Shown here: positions 62,962 to 64,000 of the stretch, in pieces
Layout: each line of letters begins with the position of its first letter
How positions within the stretch are numbered: the first letter of the stretch is position 1
Assembly (NCBI GenBank): GCA_023261755.1
Contig: JAGDXS010000028.1
Location: 13,743-77,742, forward strand
From: Thermoplasmata archaeon
Lineage (GTDB): Archaea > Thermoplasmatota > Thermoplasmata > Thermoplasmatales > ARK-15
Direction: 5' to 3'
Length of the DNA stretch: 64,000 nt
Made by a program: the position numbers and the translations under genes
The notes under the pieces: generated by a model
The model's database searches: none
Told to the model about the DNA's origin: nothing
What the model saw: only the letters and a program-made list of their open reading frames with translations

Positions 62962-64000
62962 TGTCAATTCTTGATGACCTTGACCTGGAAACATCAAAAT
63001 GCATTAGTTGCACATTTTGCGAAAGTGTTTGCCCAACATTGCAGGCCAGTGATTACAGGGCAATATTTGGTGCAAGGGGCAGAGTTTTGCTTGCAAGAGA
63101 AATGGTAAAGGAAATAAGGAATCAAGGTAAAAGTTCTTTGGATGTCTCGGATCCATTTTATTCATGCCTTGACTGTTACGCATGTTTTAATGTATGCCCT
63201 GCAGGTGTAAATGCTGGCCATGTGAGCGAAATGGCAAAATCATTGATCACTCATAAAAAATTTTTGAACAAAAACCAGGAGAAGCAGGTGGCTAAAATGA
63301 TCATTACTTCGATAATGAAATTCAATTCGCCCCTTGGCTTAAAAAATGAGATAAATTCCTGGTCTTATGGTTTGCATTTTGATGAAAATTCCGATTATCT
63401 ACTCTATACTGGAGGAATGTATCAGCTCATGGCCTATAGCAAGATTCTTTCCGAATTGGAAAGAAAATTCAAAAATGAAACAATAGAAAAAATTGCTGAA
63501 ATTATTTCAAAATATCCATCCATAATAAAATTAACCCATCCAATGTATGATGATAATCTAAAAAAGAGAATGGATAATATTTTAAAGAGCATTTATAATC
63601 TCCTTAAGGCAGCTGGGATTAAGTTCAAATATATTGATGATGAACCCTATCCTGGATCATTCCTTTATGAATTAGGCTACATTGATGATTTCATCGAATA
63701 TGGAAAAAGATTAAAGGATCTTTTCATCAGGAATAATGTTAAAAATATCATTACAATAGACCCTCACACTTACGAAATACTGAAGGCCATTTATCCAAAA
63801 TATATTGAAGGATTTAATTTTAATGTTTACCATTATCTAGATTTTTTGGATAATTTAAATTTTAGCAAGGGCAATGAAAATTTGGTTTACCATGAACCTT
63901 GCCACTTTTCAATGCATAAGGAAAAATATAATGAACCAATTAAGTTCATATGCAAATTGGGTGAAATAAAATTCCCTGAAAGGCATGGTAACACGAGCTA
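62961..64000 (+). CDS. (Fe-S)-binding oxidoreductase subunit, GlcF / CCG-domain type, 3' end outside the window
   Basis: ATG at 62961 (TAATG overlap with the upstream stop). I read the frame as open to position 64000. Motifs CISCTFCESVCP and CLDCYACFNVCP, plus a CCG-like EPCH. Absent from the ORF track because there is no stop. Confidence 0.7.
   Translation, partial: MSILDDLDLETSKCISCTFCESVCPTLQASDYRAIFGARGRVLLAREMVKEIRNQGKSSLDVSDPFYSCLDCYACFNVCPAGVNAGHVSEMAKSLITHKKFLNKNQEKQVAKMIITSIMKFNSPLGLKNEINSWSYGLHFDENSDYLLYTGGMYQLMAYSKILSELERKFKNETIEKIAEIISKYPSIIKLTHPMYDDNLKKRMDNILKSIYNLLKAAGIKFKYIDDEPYPGSFLYELGYIDDFIEYGKRLKDLFIRNNVKNIITIDPHTYEILKAIYPKYIEGFNFNVYHYLDFLDNLNFSKGNENLVYHEPCHFSMHKEKYNEPIKFICKLGEIKFPERHGNTS

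Overview
This is a dense, AT-rich archaeal chromosome segment with about 68 protein genes, 3 tRNAs and mostly overlapping or closely abutting genes. Gene content suggests a Thermoplasmatales-like euryarchaeon; this is inference and no search was possible. The supporting features are an unsplit rpoB, an HTH-riboflavin kinase (RbkR-type) fusion, an archaeal HAD phosphoglycolate phosphatase, split transketolase and many leaderless-looking starts.

Main blocks:
- (i) 1-8.2 kb: small regulators, a DHH phosphoesterase, a PPAT-NTPase fusion, an orphan FlaI/VirB11-type ATPase and valS.
- (ii) 8.2-17.3 kb: central metabolism, namely thiolase/hbd, hutI, class I fumarase and pyrBI. It also holds an aIF2beta-aminotransferase-PIN-RbkR operon.
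- (iii) 17.3-32.9 kb: tRNA-Leu, alaX, a radical SAM gene, leuS, the transaldolase/transketolase genes, a MiaB-like gene, gcvPA/PB, an APC permease-USP fusion and MscS.
- (iv) 33.0-42.5 kb: a complete siroheme-dependent heme b pathway in one divergent 11-gene locus.
- (v) 42.5-45.8 kb: small genes, two tRNAs and the only large non-coding or decayed stretch (about 740 bp).
- (vi) 45.8-54.7 kb: the tRNA-Lys-rpoH-rpoB-rpoA'-rpoA''-L30e-nusA block.
- (vii) 54.7-64 kb: an HTH-NUDIX fusion, a DRG GTPase, acylphosphatase, an epimerase, a formate dehydrogenase with HydB/HydG-like electron-transfer subunits, and a GlcD/GlcF-like pair that runs off the right edge.

I found no CRISPR array, no IS element or integrase, and no convincing novel multi-gene system such as a defence island. 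The window is mostly housekeeping. The observations most worth a second look are:
- lineage-specific additions to RNA polymerase: a 4-Cys insertion in RpoB and an N-terminal extension of about 115 aa on RpoA''
- a ValRS whose KMSKS loop reads PMHAS
- the tRNA-flanked decayed locus
- several unusual domain fusions

All functional calls rest on motif and family recognition by eye.
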